Shown in pieces: positions 1 through 11,132 of a stretch of 64,000 nt of DNA. The number at the start of each line of letters is the position of its first letter. Positions within the stretch are counted from its first letter, which is position 1. This DNA is from Nymphaea colorata. Taxonomy: Eukaryota. Under the pieces are notes generated by a model. The model worked only from the letters and a program-made list of their open reading frames with translations, was not told the DNA's origin and did no database searches. Made by a program: the position numbers and the translations under genes. The stretch covers positions 5,704,001-5,768,000 of the forward strand of contig NC_045138.2 of assembly GCF_008831285.2 (NCBI RefSeq). The letters run 5' to 3'.

Positions 1-2423
1 GTAACCAACATGGCCTCCACAATCTCCTCGATGTGATTCTTCGATTACTTTCTTTGTCTCATCTTCATCAAGGCACCGAGAGTATTCAGTGCTAAATCTA
101 TGTCTGTATAATACCCCTGTTATGATAAAGTACCTTGCTGACATACATTGTATTGCTTTTTGTTCATTTTTAGACATTTCAGTCGGGAATTCTCCGCTTT
201 CAATGTACCTTTTGATGTCATGGTACCAAGGCGTATTCCTCCCTTGGATATGATGAACATGCACCATCGTTTCAAAAGTAGGGTGTTCTAATCTTCCAAT
301 CTCAAAAGAACGGATTGCTTCATTGGTTCGAAAAGTGATGGTCGATCTTAAGCTCGCGAGGCCATCCGCAATAGGGTTACCTTCTCTCTTTACGTGAGCC
401 AATTGTACTTCTTCGAATTGACAGATTAAGGAGGTAGCAATTTCTTGATATGGCACCAACTTTTCATCTTTGACTTACCATTCTCCATTCACTTGGTTTA
501 TAATAAGCTGATAGTCGCTGAAGGCATGTACTCTTTTCACTTGAAAACTCAATAAAGAACGAAGTCCTTGTATGATGGCTTTATATTCAGCCATGTTATG
601 GGTACATGGAAAATCAAGTTTCAAAGAGTACGAGATCATTTCGCTTTCTGGAGTGATGAGTAAGATGCCTATGCCTGCTCCCATCACATTTCTGGACCCG
701 TCAAAGTACATCTTCCATGTCGGAACTGTTTCCAATCTTAGTACATGTTCATCTGGAAACTCATCATTTGTTCTGATTTCTTCGTACTGAGGGAAGTCTG
801 CTAACTGATCTGCAATTGTTTGTCCTTTGATTGACTTTTAAGACACATATTCAAGATCATATTGCATCAACAGAACTTGCCATTTTGCGATACGCCCATT
901 AAGGAATGGTTGTTCCAAGATGTACTTGAGAGGATTTAGTTTGGAGAGTATCTTGACCTCACAAGCTAATAAATAATGTCTCAACTTCTGACACATCCAA
1001 ACCAATGCCAGACAAGTTTTCTCTATTGGAGAGTACTTCTTTTCGTACTGAACAAAAGTCTTGCTAATGTAATAGATTGCATATTCAATGCGACTTCCTT
1101 CTCATATTATGCCAAAAAGCCGCCACATGCTGACTCATTAACTGTGATGTAAAGCAGCAGTGGTGTACCCAACGTTGGTGGTTTTAGAATTGGTGGATTT
1201 AGAAGGTATTTCTTGATCCTTTTGAATGACTGTTGGCATTCAAAACCCCATTCAAACTTGGCACATTTCCTCAATAGCTGGTTGAATGGCTCGCATCTCA
1301 TGGCTAGATTGGAAATGAATCGTCTGATGGATTGGATTCGTCCTTGCATGCTTCGCAACTCCTTGATATAGGTAGGTGGTGGCATATCGATTATTGTCTT
1401 AGCTTTTGTAAGATCCATTTCAATTCCCTTCTTACTGTCCATGAAACCAAACAGTTTGCTTGACTCAACCACAAACACACATTTTTGAGGATTCAGGCGA
1501 AGCTTGTACTGTAAAAGCCTCTCGAATACTTGGGCAAGAGTTTCAATGTGATCTTCTCTTGTCTTGAATTTGGTCAAGTTGTCATCGATATATGCATCCA
1601 TGATTTTATGCATCTGGTCATGGAAGATGGCGGCCATGGCTCTTTGATAGGTTGCTCCAGCATTCTTCAACCCAAATGGCATTACCGTGCAACAAAAAGT
1701 ACCCCAAGGTGTAGTAAAAGTGGTCTTAGGTTGATCTTTGACTGCTAATTTGATTTGATTATATCCTGAATATCCATCCATGAAAGAAAACATTGCATGG
1801 CATGCAGTACTGTCTACCAATAGATCAATGTTTGGAAGAGGATAATCATCCTTCGGTGTGGTTTTGTTCAAGTCTCAAAAGTTGATGCACAACCTAACTT
1901 TGCCATTTTTCTTGGGGACCACCACGATGTTCGCCAACCATTCGGGGTAATCGATGGCACGAATGAATTTTGCCTTTAGCAAGTCCTCTAGTCCTTCTTT
2001 TACAGGGCCTTCTAGTCGAGGGTCAAGCTTGCGCAATTTTTGCTTAATCGGTTTGCAATTAGGATTTAAGGGCAAACGATGTTCGACCAATTGGGGGTCT
2101 AAGTCTGGCATATCTTCATAAGTCCAAGCAAAAGCTTCTTGGTTACTTATAAAAAAGTCCACCAATCTTTTCTTCTCATTCACTGACAAACTGGTGCCAA
2201 TTTGAAGAATTTTAAGATCTTCACTGGTTCCAATATTAATTTCTTCAATTGGATCATTCACCAAAGATGAGGGATGTTCTTGTTTCTAAATCTGAGTGAA
2301 TTCTGGTAATTCTGACTCGGGTATTGCCATAGGTTCCATTTCACCGACTGCTTGTTCGATAAATGCTTTCTGGGGGGACTTTCGTGGAAAAAGAATAAAC
2401 TGAGACATATTGAGTTCTGACAT
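1..2423 (-). pseudogene. pol (RT, RNase H, archaeal-type RNase H) of the Ogre element; in-frame stops; runs off the window
   Basis: ORFs 1875-2264, 1107-1871 and 475-735. RT motifs, then PLLLYI...IYYISK...YSPIEKTCLAL, then WKMYFDGS...THNMAEY...SDYQLIINQV. Confidence 0.92.
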
Positions 2424-2622
2424 CCTGTAAAGAGGTTAAAGGAAAGAGTTGGATGAAATTGACAACAAAAAATTACTTGCATTTGCATATATAAAAAAAA
2501 AAAGGTTCTTAGTTCATAGAATGGGTTCTTTCATGAGACGAGACAAAAAGATGTTCAAAATTACAAAATTCATGGAAGGATTTTGAAACAAAAGTGAATA
2601 CTATTAGCCCCCAAGATCTTCT

Positions 2623-5388
2623 TCAAATTCCTTCATGATATTCCAGTCCTCTCATGTTCATCTAGAAAGAGATGCTAATCGGTTGCAAGATGTCATCTTC
2701 ATTTTTCCCAAGGCCAATGAATGGACGGTAGCCACCTTTGAGAAGCAACTGAAAACCCTTGGGGTTTTTCATGAAATGAACATACAATAGGTGTTCTTAG
2801 TAACTTGCACGATTGCTTGAAATAGTATAAGCATTCCCTGATGGTTCCTTTATCTCCATGTTCTGCATCCATTCTTCCAAAGCTCTGTCATTTGTTGTTC
2901 TTATGCTCGGTACATCTACCGGATCAATTGGCCTAGGGAGCATAGGTTGCATCAACCTCTTGACCGGATCCTCAGCACGGACAGTGATGACTGATGGCCC
3001 AAAATTCCATTTCAGGCATTGATGAAGAGTGGATGGGATCCCTCGTACTTGATGGATCCAAGGTCGTCCCAAAAGCAGGTTGTATGATGGTGGTACATCT
3101 ACCACATGAAAATCAATGCAATGGCTAGTATTTTCAATGATCACATTCATGTCGAGGGTACCTTTACTGTTCATGCCTCGGCCATCGTATCCGTAGATCT
3201 TGGTATTATCAGAACGATATTTGTTTTCACGAAACCCCAATGTTTTAGCCGTGAGATCAGGACAAATATTCAAACCACTTCCTCCATCAATCAAAACATG
3301 TGGCACCGTCATCCCATTGACCTGAACAACGATGTAAAGAACATCTTCATGGAAATATCCCCATTTTGAGAGGTCTTTTTCTGAGAAGGTAATTGACTGA
3401 TTTTTAGAAGCTTGAATCGAGTCTCCCTCATCCATACGCTCTTCCAAGGGGAGAACGTCCAAATAGCATGGATCTTCATCTGATGAGTCATTTGATGATT
3501 CGTCGCATTGTAAGATAAAAGTCTTGGGAATCATAAGGAGTTTCTTGGGCAAACTTTCTATCTTGCCATTTATCATAGCAATGAAATCTAGAGGTTCCTT
3601 ACCTTGGTCTACCACCATGACTTTGTGTGAGCTGCTCCCAATATAAGGTCGAATGTGCTCTTGTGGATGGTACGGAAGTGGAGTGCCTGTAGTGATCATG
3701 GCTACTGCCGCCTTTCCGTGGTCAGGGAATGGATTCCTTAGTATCTCAGGGGTACTATCATCACAAATCTTGAGATCTTTGTTGATGAAGTCTTGAATAA
3801 TATTTTTGAAGACAAAACGATTCTCAGTGTCATGACCAGGGGTACGATGAAAGTTGCACAGTTTTTCTTTATTTCCTCCCATCATTTTCGGAGGCTCTGA
3901 TACTTTTGGCAAGACGATAGTTCCTTTGGCGAGAAGGTATTTCAGGATCTTCTTCCAAAACTGGCTCAGATGAGTGAATTTCCGGTCGTAGCTCTAACCT
4001 GGGTGTTTGTTTTTCCTTTGATTGTCACCTTTGAGAAACTGTGTGTTCTTCTTGAAACTGACTACCTTGTCATGCTTGTAGTTATTATCATGGTCCTTTC
4101 TACTGCCAGCATTGGCTATGAATTGTGCAGGCAGTTGTGTCCTTCCTCCTTTCTTTCCATCTTCTTTGTACTTATGAGCAATAATTCCATCAAAATCTCC
4201 TTCCTCAATCCCTTCTTCTATCGAGTTTGCTTGTTCAATTAACTCAGCAAACGTTTTGATCGGGGCATTGCGGATGAGACTTTTCAAGGGTAGGGCAAGA
4301 TTTTTCCTAATGAGTGACAAGGCTTGTGTCTCAGAAATGGGCTCCTTCATCTTATTGCATTGCATTCTCCATTTTTGGATGAATTCTTGAGTCTTTTCTC
4401 CCTGTTTCTGACGAAGACTGCAAATGGTACTGAGGGTTGGAGCAATGGGAGCATTTTGTTCAAATCTTTCAACAAACATGTTAATCAACTTGTCAAACTC
4501 CTTCAGCTCGATTGGATTGATATTTTCTTTATACCATTGTGCGGCAATGCCTTCAAGACTTCTTGAAAAATATCGGAACAAAGCTATGTTATTTGTCCGA
4601 ATTTTGTAGAAATCATTGAAAAAGGTTGAAAGATGAACGTGTGGACAAGTGGTTCCATCATATCTGATGAATTCTCTGGGCAAGCCTTTCACGTCTTCAT
4701 CTCCTTCAATGCCAAGGTAGTAGTCCTCACATGAGTATGAACGTTTCCCCTTCCCCCTAAGCTCAAGATTGTTCATTCTTTTCTCTATTTCGTAGAATCT
4801 GTGCTTAGTCGAACTTTCATCATCACTTGATTCGACCAATTCTGGCTTGGTCTTTTTCTTCTTGCCCTTGATTTCCTTTACTCTTTTTTCAGAACTCTCA
4901 CTGTTTGAGCTACTGCTAGTGATGTATTTCTTTGTCTTTTTTACTTTCTTGGTAGGTTTTCTCTTCCTTTTGGGCTTCTCTTCCGAACTTTCAATGGTGA
5001 AAGGACTGGGTGAGCTGTTTTCTATCCTAACATCTTTTCCCTTTTTATTTTTCTTTGTTGTCTTTTTCTTTTTGAGAGAAAACAGTTCGGTTTTTTCTTC
5101 CTTACTAGTTGTCGAATCTGAACCCAAATGGTCTTCATCTTGATTTTCAACAAAAGACTTGTTTTTCTTCTTTCTTTTCTGCTTGGCAGTCTTTTCATTG
5201 TCCGGCTCTAGAGTAACCATCAAAGCCTTTTACTCTTCTTGCTCCTTCAAGAATCGCTCCATGAACAAACGAAACATATAGTAAGCTTCTGGCTCGATTG
5301 CTAGAAGGCCAAGTATTTCTGGACGGAGTTCAGAGGATGAAGCCTCGTTTTGAGGAGTCTACTTAGCTTGCGATCTAGTTTCAACCAT
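2623..5388 (-). pseudogene. gag-protease-G-patch ORF of the Ogre element, single frame with in-frame stops
   Basis: ATG at 5388 (MVETRS) is in frame with ORFs 3994-5223 and 2797-3912. Gag core (YDGTTCP..HL, FSRSLEGIAAQWY, LRQKQGE), knuckle CNFHRTPGHDTEN, protease VLIDGGSGLNI and LLLGRPWIH, then a G-patch-like segment at 2638-2760. Confidence 0.88.
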
Positions 5389-5559
5389 CTTGTTGGCTTT
5401 CAAGTATTCACCTTATGACATAAGAAAATAGAGTTATTAGACGGAAATGATGACAAAATGAATGTTCATATTGCATTACAAGTTTTAAAAGTTACATCTA
5501 TAGACACTAATAAAGATGACAACGACAGAATGAATACAAAGTTGACAACATAAAACTTT

Positions 5560-6727
5560 TTAGGGAAGGATGGATGGTGGTCGGTTGGCATCCCACCACT
5601 CAGCATATTCCTTTTTCACTACTGGGTCTATGAACCAAGTGTATGATATTTGTGTCTTCCATTCTTGTCGAGCTACTGCAAACAATGTCGTCCATTGAGG
5701 AGAACTAAGGTCAAATTTGGGAATAGCTCCAATTGGTGCATGCACAGAGACCATCTTCTGCCTTTGAGAGAACTGTCTCATACATCTATCAGCACAATAA
5801 TCAACTATGAAGTAAGGGCCCAAGAGTGTGGTACGCCCATGATGATGGTGAGTGTATAGGGGTAGGCTCTGCTGACGATCACAATAATCCCAAATGATCT
5901 CTCCTTCATTCAATTGCTCGATCAAACGACGGTATTGCTCCAAGGTTGTCAATGATCCATCAGTGTTTCTGAATAGACTGGCCTGGGGTCCCGTATGCTT
6001 GAGGAACCACAATTGTAAAGCATATGTGCATCCTTCTATGAAGTCGATATCTCTAATTGTAAAGCGGGTGAGTCCTCGGTAAAGGAAGGCTAAGGCTGTC
6101 ATTGCTACTGACAAGTGTCAGGTCCCTCTATGCCCCCATACTCAAAAAAGTTGGGCAATACGGACATCTAAAAGGTCACATCCATCGGTAAAAAGGGTCA
6201 CTCCTACTGTGCAGAGCATCATACAATGTTTAATTCTTCCTATGGCTTTTCATGTTGATGCTTTGATTTTCATGGTTTTCTACTAAAGGCCAAGTTTTCC
6301 GTCCAGTAAAGTGTGCAATGAGGTCATTTGCATTGACCTTGGTTGGGTTCATAAGGAATTGTTTTTCCAATATATCATTTGGGTCACACGTTGGGGTAGA
6401 GAGGTGTAGTATTTCGGCAAATTCATCTAGTAATATTGTCATTTCTCCTCATGGAAACCAAAAAGAGGAGGTCCTTGGGTTCCAACGCTCGGCGATTGCA
6501 TGTACCAAATTTCTATCAACTGATTGCATTCCTCCAGCTGCCACTGTCTCTAGCCCATATTCTTCAAAGTAAAAAGGAAACATTCGAAAGAAGGTGGGAT
6601 GCCAAGTCTGATACCATTCGAGAGCCGGAGGTTGAGACTCAAAAGAAATGTAAGTGGACCGTTCGGGACCTTCCCCAAAGAGGATGTGATCATAAGGGAA
6701 TGTGACACCACATTGGAAAGAATACAT
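5560..6727 (-). pseudogene. Extra ORF of the Ogre element: plant mobile domain (PMD, aminotransferase-like, MAIN/MAIL1-related), disrupted
   Basis: ORFs 6449-6727, 6230-6442 and 5560-6114 join to give DRNLVHAIAERWNPRTSSFWFP*GEMTILLDEFAEILHL ... ALAFLYRGL ... IEGCTYALQLW, the PMD motif series. In-frame stops plus one frameshift near 6230. Confidence 0.85.
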
Positions 6728-7523
6728 CTTGAATGATGACTCTAAAAGATAAAGATTGAATTAATGGAAAACATTGACTATGTTGACAAAGACAATCTGA
6801 GGTAGATGTGCGGAATGAGGTTGCAAATCATCACATAAGGTTTCACGCACATAAACATCTATCATGAAATAATTTTCTTTTCTTTTTTTTTTCAGAAAAT
6901 TGGGTATAGGAACCTAATTGAGATAATTTTGTGTCACGATAATCTGATATCAAGTTATGCTTATATACCTTAGCCAAATGGCTTAGTATGAGCATAGATT
7001 CTTTCTTAGGCAACTAAGGGTAGAACTCATCAACTTCTTCTTGATCACTCGTCGATATACCATAAATTACCACTCATGGTACTAACGAGGGGGCGTTCCC
7101 GCCCAAGGTGTGGTCTAGTTGTAAGGTTTAGTCTTGTGCTACCGCCAAAGACCGAGCCCGGCAACATGATGACTACTAGGACAAATAGGTATGAAGAATT
7201 TTGAAATATGAGAAATCATATAAAATGAGTTGTCTCTAATGCAATGTTGCCTAAGTTTGAAGATTAAAATAGAAGAGCAAACATAGTTTTCAAACAACTC
7301 CTAAGTTGAGAAAGGTGGTATGTAATCATAGATATGTGTGAACATGATTGATCCTTCTCAATTAATCCAATGTGCAAGAAAATAATCACAATCACCAAAC
7401 AATGCAATGAAATGTCAATGAGGTCGAGGCCAAAATAGGGGACATGCTTTATCATTGGCAATGTATGAGATGTTCAAATTATTGAAAATCCATCAATTAT
7501 AATCATAGCCAAACAATAACGGG

Positions 7524-7540
7524 TCCCATCATGGTCGCCA
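7524..7540 (-). promoter_or_regulatory. Primer binding site, probably tRNA-Arg type
   Basis: - strand reads ...AAACA GA TGGCGACCATGATGGGA immediately after the LTR end. A degenerate equivalent lies at ~28565-28580. Confidence 0.75.
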
Positions 7541-9224
7541 TCTGTTTGCATCCTAAAATTTTCATTGGTTTTGGAATGCTCCAGAAAAATGAAGTTTTTG
7601 TTTTGAAAGAGAAAAGAAAGGGACTCACCCGTCGGTACGAGGATCGACCGTTCCCGGCGCCTTTACCGGGGGTAATCAACCCAAGGACTATGTTTATCAT
7701 TGATGCATTTCGTTTTAACTTAAACATATTTTTTATTTTATATGCAGTGTAGAAAATATTGAAAGTTTGGAGTTTCAAACTTTTGAAAAGATTTTTGAAT
7801 AGTTGCTTGAAAATGTGAAATGTTTTGAAGAAAAAGTGAAACTAGCAAATATCATTTGAAAAACTTGTGAAAACATTTTGAAATCACTTTAGTGTTCTCT
7901 TAAGACTTTAAGTAGGTTTGAGATTTTGCTCTAATTCGGTTACCACCTAGCTAGAGCTCCATCCCTTCTTGCTTAAGTTCCTTTAGAAAGGTGCTTGTGA
8001 TCATAAGTGAAACAAAGTGGGTGAGAATGCATGAATACATTTACCCTATATGATTGAAAAAATGTAAAACATTCCTACCACAACATTCATCTAATGTCAT
8101 TCCTACCACAACATACATCTAAGATTTCGTTGTTATAATTATTGTATATAAGAAGGAAAAGTTTTTGAAAATGGATAGAGATTGTAGACCATCAAGCATG
8201 ATTCCAATATTGGGTCATTACTTTGTTTGTGGTCTTATTGAAGTTGGTAAACAGAAAGTTCATGAGATGAGAATGTTAAAAAGAATATAAGAGATAAAGA
8301 ACTCTTATGAAAAGAAAGAGAAAGATCTAGAGAAAGACATGCATACATGTGTACATACCATCACATATACACATATATGAAAGCTTAAGAGAAAAAGATG
8401 TATTGATTTGAAGAGAAAAAGAGATTTTAGAGGAAAAGAAAAATAACATACGCAAATATGGGTATGAGAAATGTTATAATAGAATATATTTATCTTGAAA
8501 AGAGGGAATAAATATTTGAAAGAAAGGAGATGTAGCACATGTACATACGTATTCATGCACATATGAAAATTTATAAAATAGAAAGTGAAAGCATAGAGAG
8601 AGAAAGATGGGGGTCATCATGTTGGCATAAATGTATATAACATGTATATACATACATACCTTCACATGATTAGAAAAATCAAGGAACAACCTAAAATTAC
8701 CAACTTCAAATTTAATGTGGGCCGGAGGGGAGCTTGGACTCATGCAAGTGTCTAAGCTAAGTCCCTAAGGCCATGTTAGAAAGTTCTTTTCGAAAATGTT
8801 TTCAAAAATATGATTTATATAAGAATACAATATTATTATTTAGTTTGTTGTAAAGGATATATTTCTTCCACCGTTAGGTATGAAAGAAAACAAGCAACAT
8901 AACGAGGCACTCGTTAGGGTTCCTAAAGTGATGATTAAGAAGGAAACTAGCGCAAAATGACATGAAAATGCATATTAACATGTACATTTTCGTGAAGGTT
9001 TATCCCGAGTTGGACAAGTCCCAACCTCAAAAATTAATATGAAAATAAAGAGTCCCCAAACACACTCTCATTCCCGCCATACATTCACATGTAAGTAAAG
9101 AATCAAGCAACTATGCGTGCATAATTTATAGATAACATTCAATGAATGAAAGAAATAAAGAAAATGATCGAAAAAGCAAAGTTCAATTAGGAGGGAAGAC
9201 ATGACGTAACTATGAATTGATATA

Positions 9225-9965
9225 CCACCTCATCTTCTCATGTTCCCGGTGCACTTGAGTATAGCCTCTTGTCTCTAAAAAGATATTGAGAGCTACCTTT
9301 TTTAGCCGTGGAGAAATGAGCAAGAGAGGAAAATAAGAGGAAACAAAAGAACAATAAGAATGTATTCAGGAAAAGAAAGAACATGATTAAAATGAAAGAT
9401 CATCTTATCTTTTCATGCTCCCGGTGCACTTTGAGTATAGCCTCTTGTCTCTAAAAAGAGACTGAGAGCTACCTTTTTTAGCCGTCGGGAAATGAAGATG
9501 AGGAGAAAATATAGAAAGAGAAACAATGTTATATTTAATAAAAGAGAAAACATGATACAATCATAAAATGAAAGATCCTCTCATCTTTTCACGCTCCCAA
9601 TACACTTGAGTATAGCCTCTTGTCTCTAAAAAGAGATTGAGGGCTATCTCCTTTGGTCATGGGAAGAGGAAGAAGAGAAAAAAAGAAAATAACAAGGACA
9701 AGACTATATTGAAGAAATGAAATAACAATAACAACAAAAATAGATTCATCAAGGAAAAGAATAACAACAACAAAAAATATATTGAAGAGAAGAAAGAGGA
9801 AGAAGATATTAATATAGAGAATGAACAAGAACAACAAGAATACTTGAAAGAGCATGATTTAATCATAAAATAAAATATCATCTCATCTTCTCATGCTCCC
9901 GGTGCATTTGAGCATAGCCTCTTGTCTCTAAAATGAGGTTGAGTGTTGTCTCCTTTGGCCATGGG
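9225..9965. repeat. Four dispersed ~75-bp repeats inside the LTR separated by A-rich spacers
   Basis: CATCTTCTCATG(T/C)TCCCGGTGCACTTGAGTATAGCCTCTTGTCTCTAAAA recurs near 9231, 9405, 9582 and 9884. Confidence 0.85.
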
Positions 9966-10298
9966 GAGATGAAAATGAGAAGAGAAAATAAAAACAACAA
10001 CAAGACTATGTTTAAGAAAAAGAAATAACATAATAATGAGAACATTAATGAAAAGAAAGAAGAGAGAAATGAGAGGGATGAAGATTACATACCTCTAATG
10101 GGAAATGACTTAAGGAAGATGAACACCTTCACTTGAAGATCCCCTTTTGAATGAAGCTCCAAAAGTGTTTGCTCTAAGTTGGAGAAGGAAATAGAAAGAG
10201 GAAGAGGGAGAGAGATGGAGCTCAAGAGAAACTCTAAGTCTTCAAGTGAGAATACACTAGAGTTTCTCCCAAGAACCAATCTTGCCCAAGAGGGAGGA

Positions 10299-10306
10299 TA
10301 TTTATA
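10299..10306 (-). promoter_or_regulatory. LTR TATA box
   Basis: CTATAAATA on - strand followed by a pyrimidine-rich leader. Equivalent motifs at ~24074-24081 (+) and 30660-30667 (-) in the related LTRs. Confidence 0.7.
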
Positions 10307-10349
10307 GAGGATTTTGGAACCAAAACTCAAAATTTGAATTTTTTTGACC

Positions 10350-10910
10350 TAAAAAGGCTAAAATCAACCTTTAAAAAGAGATTCTTTGGTCAAAAGGAGG
10401 GGTAAATTGGTCTTGTTTACCCAAAAAAGACTAAAATCACCTTCCAAAAGGAGGTTTTTTGATCAAAATGAGGGGTAAATCGGTATTGTTAAAAAAAAGT
10501 CTAAAATCACCCTTTAAAAGGAGGTTTTTTGGTCAAAAGGAGGGGCAAATCGGTCTTGTTTAAAAAAAGACTAAAATCACCCTCTAAAAGGAGGTTTTTT
10601 GGTCCAAATGAGAGGCAAATCAGTCTTGTTTAAAAAAGACTAAAATCACCCTCTAAAAGGAGGTTTTTGATCAAAAGGAGGGTCAAATCGGTCTTGTTTG
10701 CCCAAAAAGACTAAAATCACCCTCTAAAAGGAGGTTTTTGGTCAAAAGGATGGGCAAATCGGTCTTGTTTGCCCAAAAAGACTAAAATCATCCTCTAAGA
10801 AGAGGTTTTTGGTCAAAAAGATGGGCAAATCGGTCTTGTTTGCCCAAAAAGACTAAAATCACCCTTTAAAATGAGGTTTTTGGTCAAAAAGAAGGGCAAA
10901 TTAGTCTTAA
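10350..10910. repeat. ~70-bp tandem array, 8 copies, in the LTR upstream of the TATA box
   Basis: CTAAAATCA recurs at about 10358, 10431, 10501, 10571, 10640, 10711, 10782 and 10853. Confidence 0.92.
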
Positions 10911-10914
10911 ATGA

Positions 10915-11056
10915 TTGATTTGGATCTGAACTTGGGTTTTGGATCTAAAAGTAGTATTTTGGATTTAATTTGGATCTGAAAGCTCTATTTTGGATTTAAT
11001 TTGGATCTGAGAGTAGTATTTTGGATTTAATTTGGATCTGAAAGTTGTATTTTGGA
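10915..11056. repeat. 30-bp tandem repeat (about 4 copies) near the LTR 5' end
   Basis: TATTTTGGATTTAATTTGGATCTGA.. units. Confidence 0.8.
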
Positions 11057-11132
11057 AATCTTGTGCCTAAATTTGAATTTCGCACTTGGATAAAACATCA
11101 TAGTCCTTTAGAAAAATTTTGGGGTGATTACA

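Larger units (their letters stand above)
1..11132 (-). mobile_element. Ty3/gypsy LTR retrotransposon, Ogre/Tat type; 5' portion (integrase and 3' LTR lie left of the window); decayed
   Basis: Order on - strand: LTR (TGTAATCACCCC...TGCAAACA), PBS TGGCGACC, extra ORF, gag, protease (LIDGGSG), RT (YSGYNQI, MPFGLKNAGATYQR, YIDD), gypsy RNase H, second archaeal-type RNase H. Long LTR, upstream extra ORF and dual RNase H are Ogre/Tat hallmarks. Confidence 0.93.
7543..11132 (-). repeat. 5' LTR of the Ogre-like element (~3590 bp)
   Basis: Begins TG at 11132 and ends CA at 7543, 2 nt before the PBS. Copia coding sequence starts at 11133. Termini and internal blocks match 22983-26143 and 28583-32182. 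Confidence 0.88.

Noticed and set aside
10350..10910. Regular repeat array superficially like a CRISPR
   Set aside because: Whole units repeat with no unique spacers; it lies within a plant LTR and there are no cas genes.
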